DNA of 37,480 nt, taken from positions 1 to 37,480 of the forward strand of contig JBHLRS010000015.1 of NCBI GenBank assembly GCA_048882325.1, read 5' to 3'. Below, piece by piece: positions 9,385-18,680 of the stretch. The notes beneath the pieces are model-generated. The model did no database searches. It saw nothing but the letters and a program-made list of their open reading frames with translations, and was not told the DNA's origin. A program made the translations under genes and the position numbers. The stretch is from Candidatus Thorarchaeota archaeon (lineage in GTDB: Archaea > Asgardarchaeota > Thorarchaeia > Thorarchaeales > Thorarchaeaceae). Numbering within the stretch: the first letter of the stretch is position 1; the number at the start of each line of letters is the position of its first letter.

Positions 9385-12054
9385 TCACCTCCGACGGAGT
9401 CGTGGGTTCGTTACCTCATCCAAACCAAAGCCAAGGAATGAGATTCCAACTAGGAATGCGATAATGGCATACCCCGGAGACATTACCAGCCAATCCATTC
9501 CCAGAGATATTCCCTGATTGTAGGCCAAAAACAACAGTGATCCCCAGCTGACTATTGCAGGATCTCCAAGACCAACGAAGTCCAGAGATATCTCAAAGAA
9601 TATCGAGTTCATGACAAGCAATACCGTCTGGACAATGATTAGTGGGAGAACTGCAGGAAGCACATGTCGTGTCATTATATAGAAATTCCCACCTCCGACT
9701 GAACGAATTCTTTCAATGTATCCTCTCTCCTTGATTGAAAGGACCTGTCCCCTCACAATTCTTGCGGTAGTTGCCCATGAGAAAATTCCTATCACAATGA
9801 GCATTGTTGTGAGCGAAGGTCCAACAACTGCTGCAACTATGATCATCAAGACGAAGCTGGGAATTACAAAGAACAGGTCTGTGAAGCGCATAAGGAGTGA
9901 GTCAACTCTTCCACCATAATATCCAGAAACCAAGCCTATGGTTGCACCTATCGAGATGGAAATGATTGTGGCTAAGATGCCTATCATGAGTGTGATTCTC
10001 GTACCAATTATTATGCCGCTGAACAGATCATGTCCTAACTGGTCAGTTCCAAGCAGATGAAAATCTGTGATGCCAGTAGGCTGATAGGTCATGAGTTGAT
10101 ACAGGCTGAAGATCAAGACTGATCCACCAATTAGCAATAAAGAGAATGAACCAAGTCTTGAGCGAAGCTGGCTCATCGAAGGCCTGTCTTTACCTCTGTT
10201 TTTCAGTATTTGCCTTATGCCAATGAAAGCTCCAAAACAGAGTATGAACAGAGCTCCGACCAAAGAGGGTATTTTCCCCTTTTGTAGTGATGCCAGTCCT
10301 AACACGACTCCCAATTCACAAAGAAGTAGGCCATAGCCGATGCTTCGCATAGGTCCTGGAAGTTGTGATATGCGTCTTCTGTTTGAGTAGAACCATAGAA
10401 ATCCTCCAAGGACTAGAATTAACAGCGCAATCATCAGAGTAAGTCCTATTTCAAATGGTAGAGGGGTGGGTGGAGAGAACGGAAGTCCAGCTAGGATCTG
10501 CTGTGGGTCGTACGGAGCAATAATATCACCAAATACTGCAATCCCAGCAAAAATCCCTACAACAATAAGCCCCGCAAGACCAAGTCTGTTTGCAGCAATT
10601 TCTCCATACACTGAACCTACTCTGTCTGGTCGTTCTACGATTGTTCCAACTAATCGGAGGGCTACACCCACCAGCATCAGGTTTATTCCAATTCCCCATG
10701 TCCCTCCACTGAACCAAACTATGTTTAAAATAATGGAAACCACCAACGTTGAGAGCAGAAAGAACCCAATCAGGAGTAGAAGGTTTGCTAGTCTCTCAAT
10801 CAGTTTCACCCGTCTTTTTCTCCATGTGAACTTGAGATTCGCTAATCTATATGGGTAAAACAATATCCGCAGGTAGCCAAGCACACGCCTTCGTTCGATT
10901 ATTATTACTGCAACAGAGGTTAAGAGAATCAATTCCAGTATTATTCTCGGAGTGACAACTAGCGCAAAGATATCGATCAATACAAGACAGATAAGAAAGA
11001 TGACTGTGAGAGTAGGTCGCTTCCGTGCAATCACCGACTTACCCTGCTCGGTGAGTTTTGTTGGCCCCTCTACACGAATTCTAGGATCCATATAGTAGTA
11101 CAAGAAATCTGCTATGACATTTGTGACTACAAGGACCACTGTGAATACAAAGAACGTTGCTTGCAACAGAGGATAGTCTCTATGCACAACAGCATCCCAA
11201 ATGAGACGTCCAATACCATGATAGTTGAAGACAATCTCAATGAGTAAGGCTCCAACGACGGAGAATCCTATTTGAATAGCGATGACTGTTGCAACAGGAA
11301 TCCTAGCATTGGGTACAGCCTCTTTGTTGAGTTGGTCCTTATCAGACAGACCTTTTGCCTTTGCAGTGAGCATATAATCCTCACTTATGACATCTAGGAG
11401 AGAGTTTCTCATGATTAAGGTGAATACTCCAAAAATGACAATCGCAAGAATCAACACTGGTAAGAAAAGGTGAGCTATTGCATCCACCGCAAAACCAAGT
11501 ATGTTGCTCCCATAATCTTCGAACGACCCTACGAGGTTGTACGGATCTGTGGGGACAATTTGGAGTCTGAAACCAAAGATAAGAACTGCAATCATGGCTA
11601 GCCAAAATCCAGGGATTGCGTATGTGACAAGTGAAATGAAGAGTCCAACAACATCACGGAGCTTTCCTCGATGCCATGCAGAATTTTTGCCAATCCATAT
11701 GCCTAAACCTATGGCAATTAAATCAGCAGGAATCATCAAGAATAGAGTGTTAATCAATCGTTTTCCTATAATTGCCCCGATTGCAAACTCTTCACCATAG
11801 AAAAACGAGACACCAAAATTGCCTTGTAAGAAATTTGATATGAATCTAACAAACTGAATGTGTAAAGGTAAATCTAGTCCGAATTGTCGTATTATCTGTT
11901 GAATTACTCCCGCGCCGAGGTTAGGATTGTTAGCAAGTCGGTCCACAATACTACCTGGCATTAAATGAAAAATGGCGAAATCGATTGCTAGTACAACGAA
12001 AATCGTGACTACTGCTTGTAATGTTCTTTTTACCAATAAATCTCTCAAAGCCAC
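9385..12054 (-). CDS. Fused DppB-DppC (OppB-OppC) ABC permease with extra transmembrane insertions
   Basis: N-terminal half has DYMLTAKAKGL...RDYPLLQ...DPRIR (DppB-like); C-terminal half has APYDP, LLGTDQLGHD, YIERIRSVGG, SWG, NPRLRRR (DppC-like). Confidence 0.9.
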   Translation of the reverse strand: MALRDLLVKRTLQAVVTIFVVLAIDFAIFHLMPGSIVDRLANNPNLGAGVIQQIIRQFGLDLPLHIQFVRFISNFLQGNFGVSFFYGEEFAIGAIIGKRLINTLFLMIPADLIAIGLGIWIGKNSAWHRGKLRDVVGLFISLVTYAIPGFWLAMIAVLIFGFRLQIVPTDPYNLVGSFEDYGSNILGFAVDAIAHLFLPVLILAIVIFGVFTLIMRNSLLDVISEDYMLTAKAKGLSDKDQLNKEAVPNARIPVATVIAIQIGFSVVGALLIEIVFNYHGIGRLIWDAVVHRDYPLLQATFFVFTVVLVVTNVIADFLYYYMDPRIRVEGPTKLTEQGKSVIARKRPTLTVIFLICLVLIDIFALVVTPRIILELILLTSVAVIIIERRRVLGYLRILFYPYRLANLKFTWRKRRVKLIERLANLLLLIGFFLLSTLVVSIILNIVWFSGGTWGIGINLMLVGVALRLVGTIVERPDRVGSVYGEIAANRLGLAGLIVVGIFAGIAVFGDIIAPYDPQQILAGLPFSPPTPLPFEIGLTLMIALLILVLGGFLWFYSNRRRISQLPGPMRSIGYGLLLCELGVVLGLASLQKGKIPSLVGALFILCFGAFIGIRQILKNRGKDRPSMSQLRSRLGSFSLLLIGGSVLIFSLYQLMTYQPTGITDFHLLGTDQLGHDLFSGIIIGTRITLMIGILATIISISIGATIGLVSGYYGGRVDSLLMRFTDLFFVIPSFVLMIIVAAVVGPSLTTMLIVIGIFSWATTARIVRGQVLSIKERGYIERIRSVGGGNFYIMTRHVLPAVLPLIIVQTVLLVMNSIFFEISLDFVGLGDPAIVSWGSLLFLAYNQGISLGMDWLVMSPGYAIIAFLVGISFLGFGLDEVTNPRLRRR

Positions 12055-12123
12055 GTCTGTTTATCTCCAGTTTTTTTGGGTAATTATGACTCACTAGACC
12101 AAAGACAAGTTTTGCTTTTGAAA

Positions 12124-12138
12124 TTGCAAATCATCCAA
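12124..12138. promoter_or_regulatory. Candidate Lrp-type operator (variant)
   Basis: TTGCAAATCATCCAA, 12/15 match to the palindrome at 14349, about 70 nt upstream of the permease start. Confidence 0.35.
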
Positions 12139-12183
12139 CTCATAAGTCTTTTCTTAGGAATTTAATCAAAAAAAGAAAAGTCA

Positions 12184-12216
12184 ACAGTAAAAGGAGATTA
12201 AATCTCCCTTTACTGT
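12184..12216 (-). terminator. Stem-loop terminator/mRNA-stabilising hairpin after the substrate-binding protein gene
   Basis: Minus strand ACAGTAAAGGGAGATT-T-AATCTCCTTTTACTGT (16-nt arms, one G-U) followed by TGACTTTTCTTTTTTT. Confidence 0.7.
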
Positions 12217-12230
12217 ATTATTTTTGAATA

Positions 12231-14219
12231 CTATTTTCGCTTTGTCCAAAGAACTCCAACTATCACCACGACCACAATCGCAGCCCCTCCGATGATAGCA
12301 ATCATCTCTATAGGGATTGGTGGGGGTGGTGTCGTAGTTGCTTCTGCGACATCAACATGCATCCATGCTTCTTGATTGTGGACAGAGAATATTCCACTAG
12401 TCCAATTAAGATCCTGAGGTCTGAAATCCCATCTGTCACTTCTATAGATCTCAACATCTTTGTAGTAAACAAGAGGAATGATACTCGAGTCGTCGTACAC
12501 AATCTGCTGGAACTCATCTACAAGTGCCTTCCTTGCTGTATAATCAGGCTCCTGTTGTTGCTCTTTGAAGAGATCATCTAGACGTTGAAGATGAATGCCA
12601 TTGGGATTCAAAGCACTGGTCGATCTAAGATACCAGATATAGTGATTGGGATCTCCCAGTTGAGTCCAGAAGTCAGTCGCTAGATCAAAATTCCATGTCC
12701 CCGTTGTCATGTCAGAAACAAAGGTAGACGCTTCCTCTGGAATGGTTCTGATTGCTATTCCTGCAGCCTCAAGGTGCTCTTCTAGGAGTTGAGCTTCAAC
12801 AAATGCAATCGGGTCTCCAGCAACATACTTCAGGTCAAAGGACAGAGTTTCGTTGATTCCATCTATCTCCTTTTGCCAGAGGTCTTGGGCGTTCTTGGTC
12901 CATCCTGCCGCTTGCAGGGTTGCAATTGCTTCTTCCGAGCCATATGCATACTCAACTATCGCATCATTGTGCCACATCAATGAGTCATGGATAGGCGAAT
13001 CAGCAATCCTCGCAGTACCCAAGTATGCAACATCAGCTATCTGTTGCCTGTCAATAGCTTGATGTATTGCTTTCCTGACAGCCTGTTCTTTTAGAGCATT
13101 ATGTTTGGGTCCAGGACGTCCATCATACATTCCTGAAGCGTTTAGGTAGTCATCAAACTGGTTGCAGAAGAGCATACGATATCCCATGAAGTCATTCTCA
13201 ACGACATTAATGTTTGGTCCAAAATCTGTTAACTCCGTGAAGGTAACACTTGTCGAGGTAGCATCAAGGTCACCAGCAACAACGCCTTGAGTCATTGTTT
13301 CAAGTGTTGAATAGGTGATAAACTCGAGTGCATCAATATTGGGTCTGCCATAATGGTAGTCTTCGTTAGCGATGAGTCTGACCTTTTCACCTGGTATCCA
13401 TTCGTCAAACTTGAACGGTCCAGTTCCAATTCTTGGTTCAGCCCAGGTATAGTCTATCACACCCCACGAAATCCCATCATACCAGTAAGAATCCCAGTAT
13501 GAAGTCGGAATCCAAGTTCCATTTTCCAAGTAGTATCCATAGTAGTCTGGACTATCAACACCAAAAACTGGGTCGTGCCACATCAATGGATCCCAGAGAT
13601 GCATTGGAAAGATCGGCAGATATGGGATTGTCATCATAAAGTAACTTTGAGCAATCTCAACAGCAGTGTTATTGTAGCCAGTCCTCGTATGCCAATATGG
13701 GGTTGAATCCCAAATGGAATCCCAAACTGGTATGTCTGGTAAGCCCCAGTCTACAAAGTTGAAGACGATTGTATAGTCGTCAAGAACTTGAATAGCATTA
13801 TGATCAGTATGGCTCTGAGACGATATCCACCATCCAAGCCAAGTCCATGTAAAGATTGTCCAGTTTACATCAGCAGCAGTAAATGGTGTGCCATCATGCC
13901 ATGTTGAATTTTCCACGAGATGAAATGTTACTTGCGTACCATTGTCAGCCCACTCCCAACTCTGCGCCATTCCTGGTACGACTCGCCAATCTCCTCCTCC
14001 AGAGATGTTCCATCGTACAAGAGGCTCATAGATTAATGGTATCAGCGCCCATGCAAATTCAGTCCAGGCAAGAATAGGATTGAGACTCTCTAGGTCTCCT
14101 AGCACACCAACCTTGAAGACTTTCTCTTCTTGGGCGGATGCTATGTTTGGAAAATAACCTAAGCCACCTGCGACCATCAGAAACGCTAGCATGCACGCTA
14201 CGAGTTTCATATGTTTCAT
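12231..14219 (-). CDS. Peptide ABC transporter substrate-binding protein (family 5, DppA/OppA-like), C-terminally membrane anchored
   Basis: Signal peptide; SLNP, IYEPLV, WHDGTPFTAADV, IGTGPFKF, VRKAIHQAIDR; TTTPPPP linker + TM + KRK. Confidence 0.92.
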   Translation of the reverse strand: MKHMKLVACMLAFLMVAGGLGYFPNIASAQEEKVFKVGVLGDLESLNPILAWTEFAWALIPLIYEPLVRWNISGGGDWRVVPGMAQSWEWADNGTQVTFHLVENSTWHDGTPFTAADVNWTIFTWTWLGWWISSQSHTDHNAIQVLDDYTIVFNFVDWGLPDIPVWDSIWDSTPYWHTRTGYNNTAVEIAQSYFMMTIPYLPIFPMHLWDPLMWHDPVFGVDSPDYYGYYLENGTWIPTSYWDSYWYDGISWGVIDYTWAEPRIGTGPFKFDEWIPGEKVRLIANEDYHYGRPNIDALEFITYSTLETMTQGVVAGDLDATSTSVTFTELTDFGPNINVVENDFMGYRMLFCNQFDDYLNASGMYDGRPGPKHNALKEQAVRKAIHQAIDRQQIADVAYLGTARIADSPIHDSLMWHNDAIVEYAYGSEEAIATLQAAGWTKNAQDLWQKEIDGINETLSFDLKYVAGDPIAFVEAQLLEEHLEAAGIAIRTIPEEASTFVSDMTTGTWNFDLATDFWTQLGDPNHYIWYLRSTSALNPNGIHLQRLDDLFKEQQQEPDYTARKALVDEFQQIVYDDSSIIPLVYYKDVEIYRSDRWDFRPQDLNWTSGIFSVHNQEAWMHVDVAEATTTPPPPIPIEMIAIIGGAAIVVVVIVGVLWTKRK

Positions 14220-14296
14220 GGTCGAAACCTCTAAATTTAGTAGTAGTTCATTAATGAGAGGCAGTTTAAATATATTTCCAAAGAAGGTTGTGCTTT

Positions 14297-14363
14297 TTGG
14301 ATATTGTGCAACTTATATGTTGCACTTCTGTAATCCATTGACATACCATTGGATATTATCCAA
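14297..14363. promoter_or_regulatory. Cluster of operator-like inverted repeats upstream of the ABC operon
   Basis: Perfect TTGGATA-T-TATCCAA (14349-14363); 13/15 copy TTGGATATTGTGCAA (14297-14311); overlapping GTGCAAC-TTATAT-GTTGCAC (14306-14325). Confidence 0.55.
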
Positions 14364-14377
14364 ATGTAGATTGTTCT

Positions 14378-15328
14378 CTATTTCTGTTTGAACCATATGA
14401 AAGAGAGGGTCACCAGCGCCGCAATAGCAATGCCAGTAATCAAGACAGGATAGATTGATTCCTGCGTTGTGGATACAGTTACGGATGCCAGCCATAGTGA
14501 GACGTCCTTACACAATTCCCACTCGGAACCATTGTCTTCGAGGTAATTATCCCAAACGGAACCATCTCGAAAACTGTCCTCTTCCCATTCAGGATGTGGT
14601 CCAGTCAAGAAAACTCGCCCTTGCTCGTATTCAAATGCAATCATGGCTGGTTTACCATTGATTGAGTAGGTAGCAATTGTTGCGATTCCGTTCACTCCCT
14701 CTGTTTCAAAATATGGGCCGCCATAATACATCGTGCTATGAGTTGTTTGTTCATGAGAAAGATCAATTAATCCGTTTGATGAATTCAGCTGAATTTCAGT
14801 CATGGCAATATTTGGCCAATCTGCTATGGCGCTGATTGGACCTACTCCTCTTCCAGGAAATAGTCCGAGACCATAATAGTACGTACCGGTTTGTCCATAC
14901 TCGGTCCATTCAAATTCATCAAGGGCATAATATGCTCCTGCGCAGCTTCCCCAATATGCGCCTCCTTCTGCAACAAAGTCGCGAATCGCATTTGCGCCGC
15001 TATAGCTTAGATCGAGGTAGTAGTCGTATGCATATCCTCCTGGTATTGCGATTACTTGGAAATTATCCAAAGTGCCTTGTTTTATAGCTGAGGAATTTAC
15101 CATCTCGACAGTTGCATTCATCCATCGAAACATCCAGAAAAGTGCAGCAGCACTACTTTCCCGAGGTTCAGCTGAAATCCCGGCACCACCATCATACACA
15201 GCTACCCTGATTTCACTCAGGTCATTGTTGGATGTTGCTTTCACCATGGGAGGTCGAACTTGTGTGAGAGTAATTAGTAATATCAGAGCACAAAGTATTA
15301 CTGTCGGTGTAGAAACCATTCTGTTCAT
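14378..15328 (-). CDS. Secreted, membrane-anchored BPL_N / class I glutamine amidotransferase-fold hydrolase
   Basis: N-terminal signal, IPGG oxyanion strand, nucleophile elbow GSCAGAY, GPHPE His-Glu, C-terminal TM + KQK. Confidence 0.82.
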   Translation of the reverse strand: MNRMVSTPTVILCALILLITLTQVRPPMVKATSNNDLSEIRVAVYDGGAGISAEPRESSAAALFWMFRWMNATVEMVNSSAIKQGTLDNFQVIAIPGGYAYDYYLDLSYSGANAIRDFVAEGGAYWGSCAGAYYALDEFEWTEYGQTGTYYYGLGLFPGRGVGPISAIADWPNIAMTEIQLNSSNGLIDLSHEQTTHSTMYYGGPYFETEGVNGIATIATYSINGKPAMIAFEYEQGRVFLTGPHPEWEEDSFRDGSVWDNYLEDNGSEWELCKDVSLWLASVTVSTTQESIYPVLITGIAIAALVTLSFIWFKQK

Positions 15329-15373
15329 CTCTTAACAAATGTTCGAATTTTTGGGCAAAGAATATATCTGTGT

Positions 15374-15388
15374 TTGGATTTTATTCAA
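15374..15388. promoter_or_regulatory. Candidate Lrp-type operator in the divergent promoter
   Basis: TTGGATTTTATTCAA, 13/15 match to TTGGATATTATCCAA, lying upstream of the TATA at 15411. Confidence 0.45.
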
Positions 15389-15410
15389 TATAGATAATAA
15401 TTAATTGGAA

Positions 15411-15418
15411 TTTATATA
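15411..15418 (+). promoter_or_regulatory. Putative TATA box of the aminotransferase/hydrolase operon
   Basis: TTTATATA 33-40 nt upstream of ATG 15451; GGAG RBS in between. Confidence 0.55.
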
Positions 15419-15450
15419 TAACAGTGCTCTGGAGATGGAGATAGAGTAAT

Positions 15451-16746
15451 ATGTCCGAGTCTGACAAGATAATGGATCTGGATAGGGAATACTATCAACA
15501 GGGGTATGCAAGAGTACCTATTGTGATTGTGGAAGGAAAAGGTGCAATACTCAAAGACATTGAGGGAAATGAATACATAGACTGTTTTGCAGGTATTGCT
15601 TGTGCTAATGCAGGACATGCACCTGATGCTCTCATTAAAGCTGGAACAGAACAGATGAAGAAGCTGTTCCATGTATCAGGTAGGTATCATACAGTTCCAC
15701 AAGTTAGACTTGCGAAGAAACTCGCTGAAATTACACCTGGAGATCTCACTAAGTCATTCCTATGTAACTCGGGAACTGAGGCAGTGGAGAATGCAGTGAA
15801 ACTCGTGAAGAAATATGCCTTCTCTAGAGGCTTGACGGGTGGAGCTATGATCAGTCTTGAGTGTGCATTTCATGGGCGACTTGGAGTTTCATTCAGTCTG
15901 ACTGCGAATGCATCCTACAAGAAAGGATTCGGGTCCTACTCAAACTCTCCTGGAGTGAAACATGCCCCAACACCATATAGCTATAGATCCAAATTCTCTG
16001 AGGAGGATTGTGGCTTAGAGACTGCAAACCGTTTAGAGGAAGTCATTGACAGACAGACAACAGGGGACGTGGCTGCTTTCATCATGGAACCAATTCTTGG
16101 GGAGGGTGGCATCATAGTTCCTCCTGACTCATACTTTTCTGAAGTGGTCAGGATTCTCAAGGAACGTGAAATACCGTTCATTATTGACGAGGTTCAGACT
16201 GGATTTGGCAGAACTGGGAAACTACTAGCATCAGAGTATTGGGGATTGAAGCCAGATGTGATGACTCTCGCGAAGGGAATGGGTGGAGGAATTCCAATTG
16301 GTGCGTGTATAGGTTCAGACCAGATTACTTCATGTGTTGAATCAGGTGACTTCTTCTCTACGTACGGAGGAAACCCTGTCACTAGTGCAATCTCCTTGGC
16401 TAATATTGATTACATACAGAAAGCTGGACTTGTTGAGAATTCGACGAGAGTTGGGAAGGTCTTCTTGGATGGGCTTGTGGATTTGCAGAAGAAGAGACCA
16501 CTCATTGGCGATGTGAGAGGAAAAGGGCTGATGATTGGAATTGAACTAGTCAAGAATCTCTCATCCAAAGAGCCTGCGCAAGATGAAACAAAGAAGGTTG
16601 TTGAAGAGCTACAAAAGGCAGGAGTGATCATCGGTCTTGGAGGGATTTTCAAGAATGTACTTCGACTCCAACCACCACTAGTCATCTCAGAGGAGCAGGC
16701 AAAGACAGTTCTCGGAAAAATGGATGATGTATTTTCGAAGATTTGA
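15451..16746 (+). CDS. Class III aminotransferase (4-aminobutyrate/acetylornithine aminotransferase-like)
   Basis: NSGTEAVENAVK, AFHGR, EPILGEGG, IDEVQTGFGRTG, PLP lysine in LAKGMGGG, STYGGNP, DVRGKGLMIG. Confidence 0.92.
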   Translation: MSESDKIMDLDREYYQQGYARVPIVIVEGKGAILKDIEGNEYIDCFAGIACANAGHAPDALIKAGTEQMKKLFHVSGRYHTVPQVRLAKKLAEITPGDLTKSFLCNSGTEAVENAVKLVKKYAFSRGLTGGAMISLECAFHGRLGVSFSLTANASYKKGFGSYSNSPGVKHAPTPYSYRSKFSEEDCGLETANRLEEVIDRQTTGDVAAFIMEPILGEGGIIVPPDSYFSEVVRILKEREIPFIIDEVQTGFGRTGKLLASEYWGLKPDVMTLAKGMGGGIPIGACIGSDQITSCVESGDFFSTYGGNPVTSAISLANIDYIQKAGLVENSTRVGKVFLDGLVDLQKKRPLIGDVRGKGLMIGIELVKNLSSKEPAQDETKKVVEELQKAGVIIGLGGIFKNVLRLQPPLVISEEQAKTVLGKMDDVFSKI

Positions 16747-16755
16747 GGTGGTTAC

Positions 16756-17643
16756 ATGTCAAGAAAGCTTGGTGTTGCTGGTCTTCAACTGCTCAAGAGT
16801 GAAGACGGAAAAGCAAACTTAGAGAAATTTGAACGAGTAGCAAAGAAGACAAAGGCGTCGTTTCCATGGATTGATCTCATCTTCACTGGCGAATTCTACC
16901 TTCAGCAGTATGGAAAACTGGATTGGAAGGAAACCGCTGAATCACTTCCCAATAAACTCACAGATAGACTTGGTGAGCTAGCAAAGCACTTAGGCTGCTG
17001 GTTGATGCCCGGCTCATTCTTTGAGAAAGATGGTTCAGATGTCTACAACACAGCTATAGCCTTCAATCCTGATGGAGAGATAGTTGTAAAGTATAGAAAG
17101 ATGTTTCCCTGGGCGCCATATGAAAACACAGCATGGGGAACAGGATTTGACACATTTGATATTCCAGATATAGGTCGAGTTGGAATTGCAATATGCTATG
17201 ATATATGGTTCCCCGAGTTGTTGCGATCTCTTACTTGGAAGGGAGCAGGACTGATTCTTTATCCTTCATTAACATACACCTCAGATAGACCTGCAGAGCT
17301 TGTTCTAGCTCAAGCCCAAGCTATAATGCATCAATGTTATGTTCTTGGTGTTAACACAATTTCTCTACAAGGTGGAGGGGAGTCGATCTGGGTTGGTCCA
17401 GAGGGTCACATACTTGAGAAAACTGGTACACATGAGGCTATCATTACGAACATTGTTGATTTCGATAGGGTGGATTGGGTAAGACAAAACGGGTCTATCG
17501 GCTTGGATCAAGTTTGGAAGAGTCTTAGAGACTCTCCACTGAAGGGCCGATTTCCACCTTATGAGAATATGTCAGCAGGAGAGATTTTCAAGAAGTTAGG
17601 GAAGTTGAAGACATCAAGAAGTGTTCGAGAATGGAAAGACTGA
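16756..17643 (+). CDS. Carbon-nitrogen hydrolase (nitrilase/amidase superfamily)
   Basis: Glu-Lys-Cys triad contexts FTGEFY, KYRKMFPW, ICYDIWFPE; GAGGTG RBS. Confidence 0.9.
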   Translation: MSRKLGVAGLQLLKSEDGKANLEKFERVAKKTKASFPWIDLIFTGEFYLQQYGKLDWKETAESLPNKLTDRLGELAKHLGCWLMPGSFFEKDGSDVYNTAIAFNPDGEIVVKYRKMFPWAPYENTAWGTGFDTFDIPDIGRVGIAICYDIWFPELLRSLTWKGAGLILYPSLTYTSDRPAELVLAQAQAIMHQCYVLGVNTISLQGGGESIWVGPEGHILEKTGTHEAIITNIVDFDRVDWVRQNGSIGLDQVWKSLRDSPLKGRFPPYENMSAGEIFKKLGKLKTSRSVREWKD

Positions 17644-17659
17644 GGGATGTGAATATTGG

Positions 17660-18655
17660 TTGATTGAGATTACACTGAAAGGTAGCCATTTCGAAATTGG
17701 CGTTGAGATAGGCAAACTATTCCGCAAAGCAGGATACTCCCCTCCGCCGTTGCCACCTGAGAGAAAAGAACTGGCTTCAGAGTGTGAAAAGCTTGTTCAG
17801 AAATACACACCAACTCTCTGGGAAGAAATTGAGGGATTTATGAAAGGAGGAGATTTCAAAGAGGCAGGGCAGTTTGAACTGACTCTACTTCCTCTGCCCC
17901 GTCGTGGGTGCACAATCTTTGCTATCGCTCCAGAATACACATCATCTGGAAAAACTATCTTTGCTCGAAATTATGACTGGGCAATAAACTTTCAAGAACT
18001 CTTCACATTAATTAGAACTTACCCTGATGACGCCTTCTCAAATCTTGCTTGCACTGATCTTGTTGTGGGAAGATACGGTGGTATTAATGAAGCAGGATTA
18101 TCAATTGGACTTACTGCAATCTCTGGATACCCTGATGATAAACCTGGAATAGCTCTCCACCTAGCAACAAGATGGATACTTGATAACTGTTCAACAACGA
18201 AAGAAGCTGTAGCATTCATGAAGCGTATCCCACACTTTCGGGGGAACAACTATCTCATTGCTGACAAAGATGGTGACATAGCACTTGTCGAAGCGTGTCC
18301 AGAGAGAGTGATGGTGACTCCTGCAAAGAATGGTCTAGCCTTTGCTGCAAACAGATTTCAATCCCCCGAGATGCTTGAACTCGAAGTGGAGAAGTGGGCG
18401 AATCCAACAACCATTCAAAGGCATAAGATCATCAATGATTGGTTTTCTAATCAGAACGGTGGTATCGAGGAGGTGTCAGCACAGCAAATACTCTCTGGAG
18501 TATTCGAACAGGGTGAAGGTGTCTGCTGCAAATACACAGATGGTCCAGAGGAGTGGGGTACAATATGGTCATGGACAGCACTCCTAGGTGACGGAACTAT
18601 GAATATCGCGGATGGTGCACCAAGTAATAATGAATACAAATCATACTCCTTCTGA
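17660..18655 (+). CDS. C45-family Ntn-hydrolase (isopenicillin-N acyltransferase-like, autoproteolytic)
   Basis: G|CT cleavage/nucleophile site, FARNYDW, GGINEAGL, NYLIAD. ORF is open from 17621; TTG 17660 is the likelier start. Confidence 0.85.
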   Translation: MIEITLKGSHFEIGVEIGKLFRKAGYSPPPLPPERKELASECEKLVQKYTPTLWEEIEGFMKGGDFKEAGQFELTLLPLPRRGCTIFAIAPEYTSSGKTIFARNYDWAINFQELFTLIRTYPDDAFSNLACTDLVVGRYGGINEAGLSIGLTAISGYPDDKPGIALHLATRWILDNCSTTKEAVAFMKRIPHFRGNNYLIADKDGDIALVEACPERVMVTPAKNGLAFAANRFQSPEMLELEVEKWANPTTIQRHKIINDWFSNQNGGIEEVSAQQILSGVFEQGEGVCCKYTDGPEEWGTIWSWTALLGDGTMNIADGAPSNNEYKSYSF

Positions 18656-18680
18656 CTTGGTATTCAACGAGGTGTAGAAA

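Noticed and set aside
15451-16746. PLP fold-I amino-acid racemase (isoleucine 2-epimerase/BAR type), which would fit the D-amino-acid theme
   Set aside because: As I recall, those racemases have Asp in the EP-x-x-G-D motif; this protein has EPILGEGG, the transaminase form. Not excluded without an assay.
5134-18655. Beta-lactam biosynthesis or resistance cluster (beta-lactamase fold + C45 acyltransferase)
   Set aside because: No NRPS/ACV synthetase or IPNS; both families are widespread general hydrolases, and the SxxK enzyme has no signal peptide.
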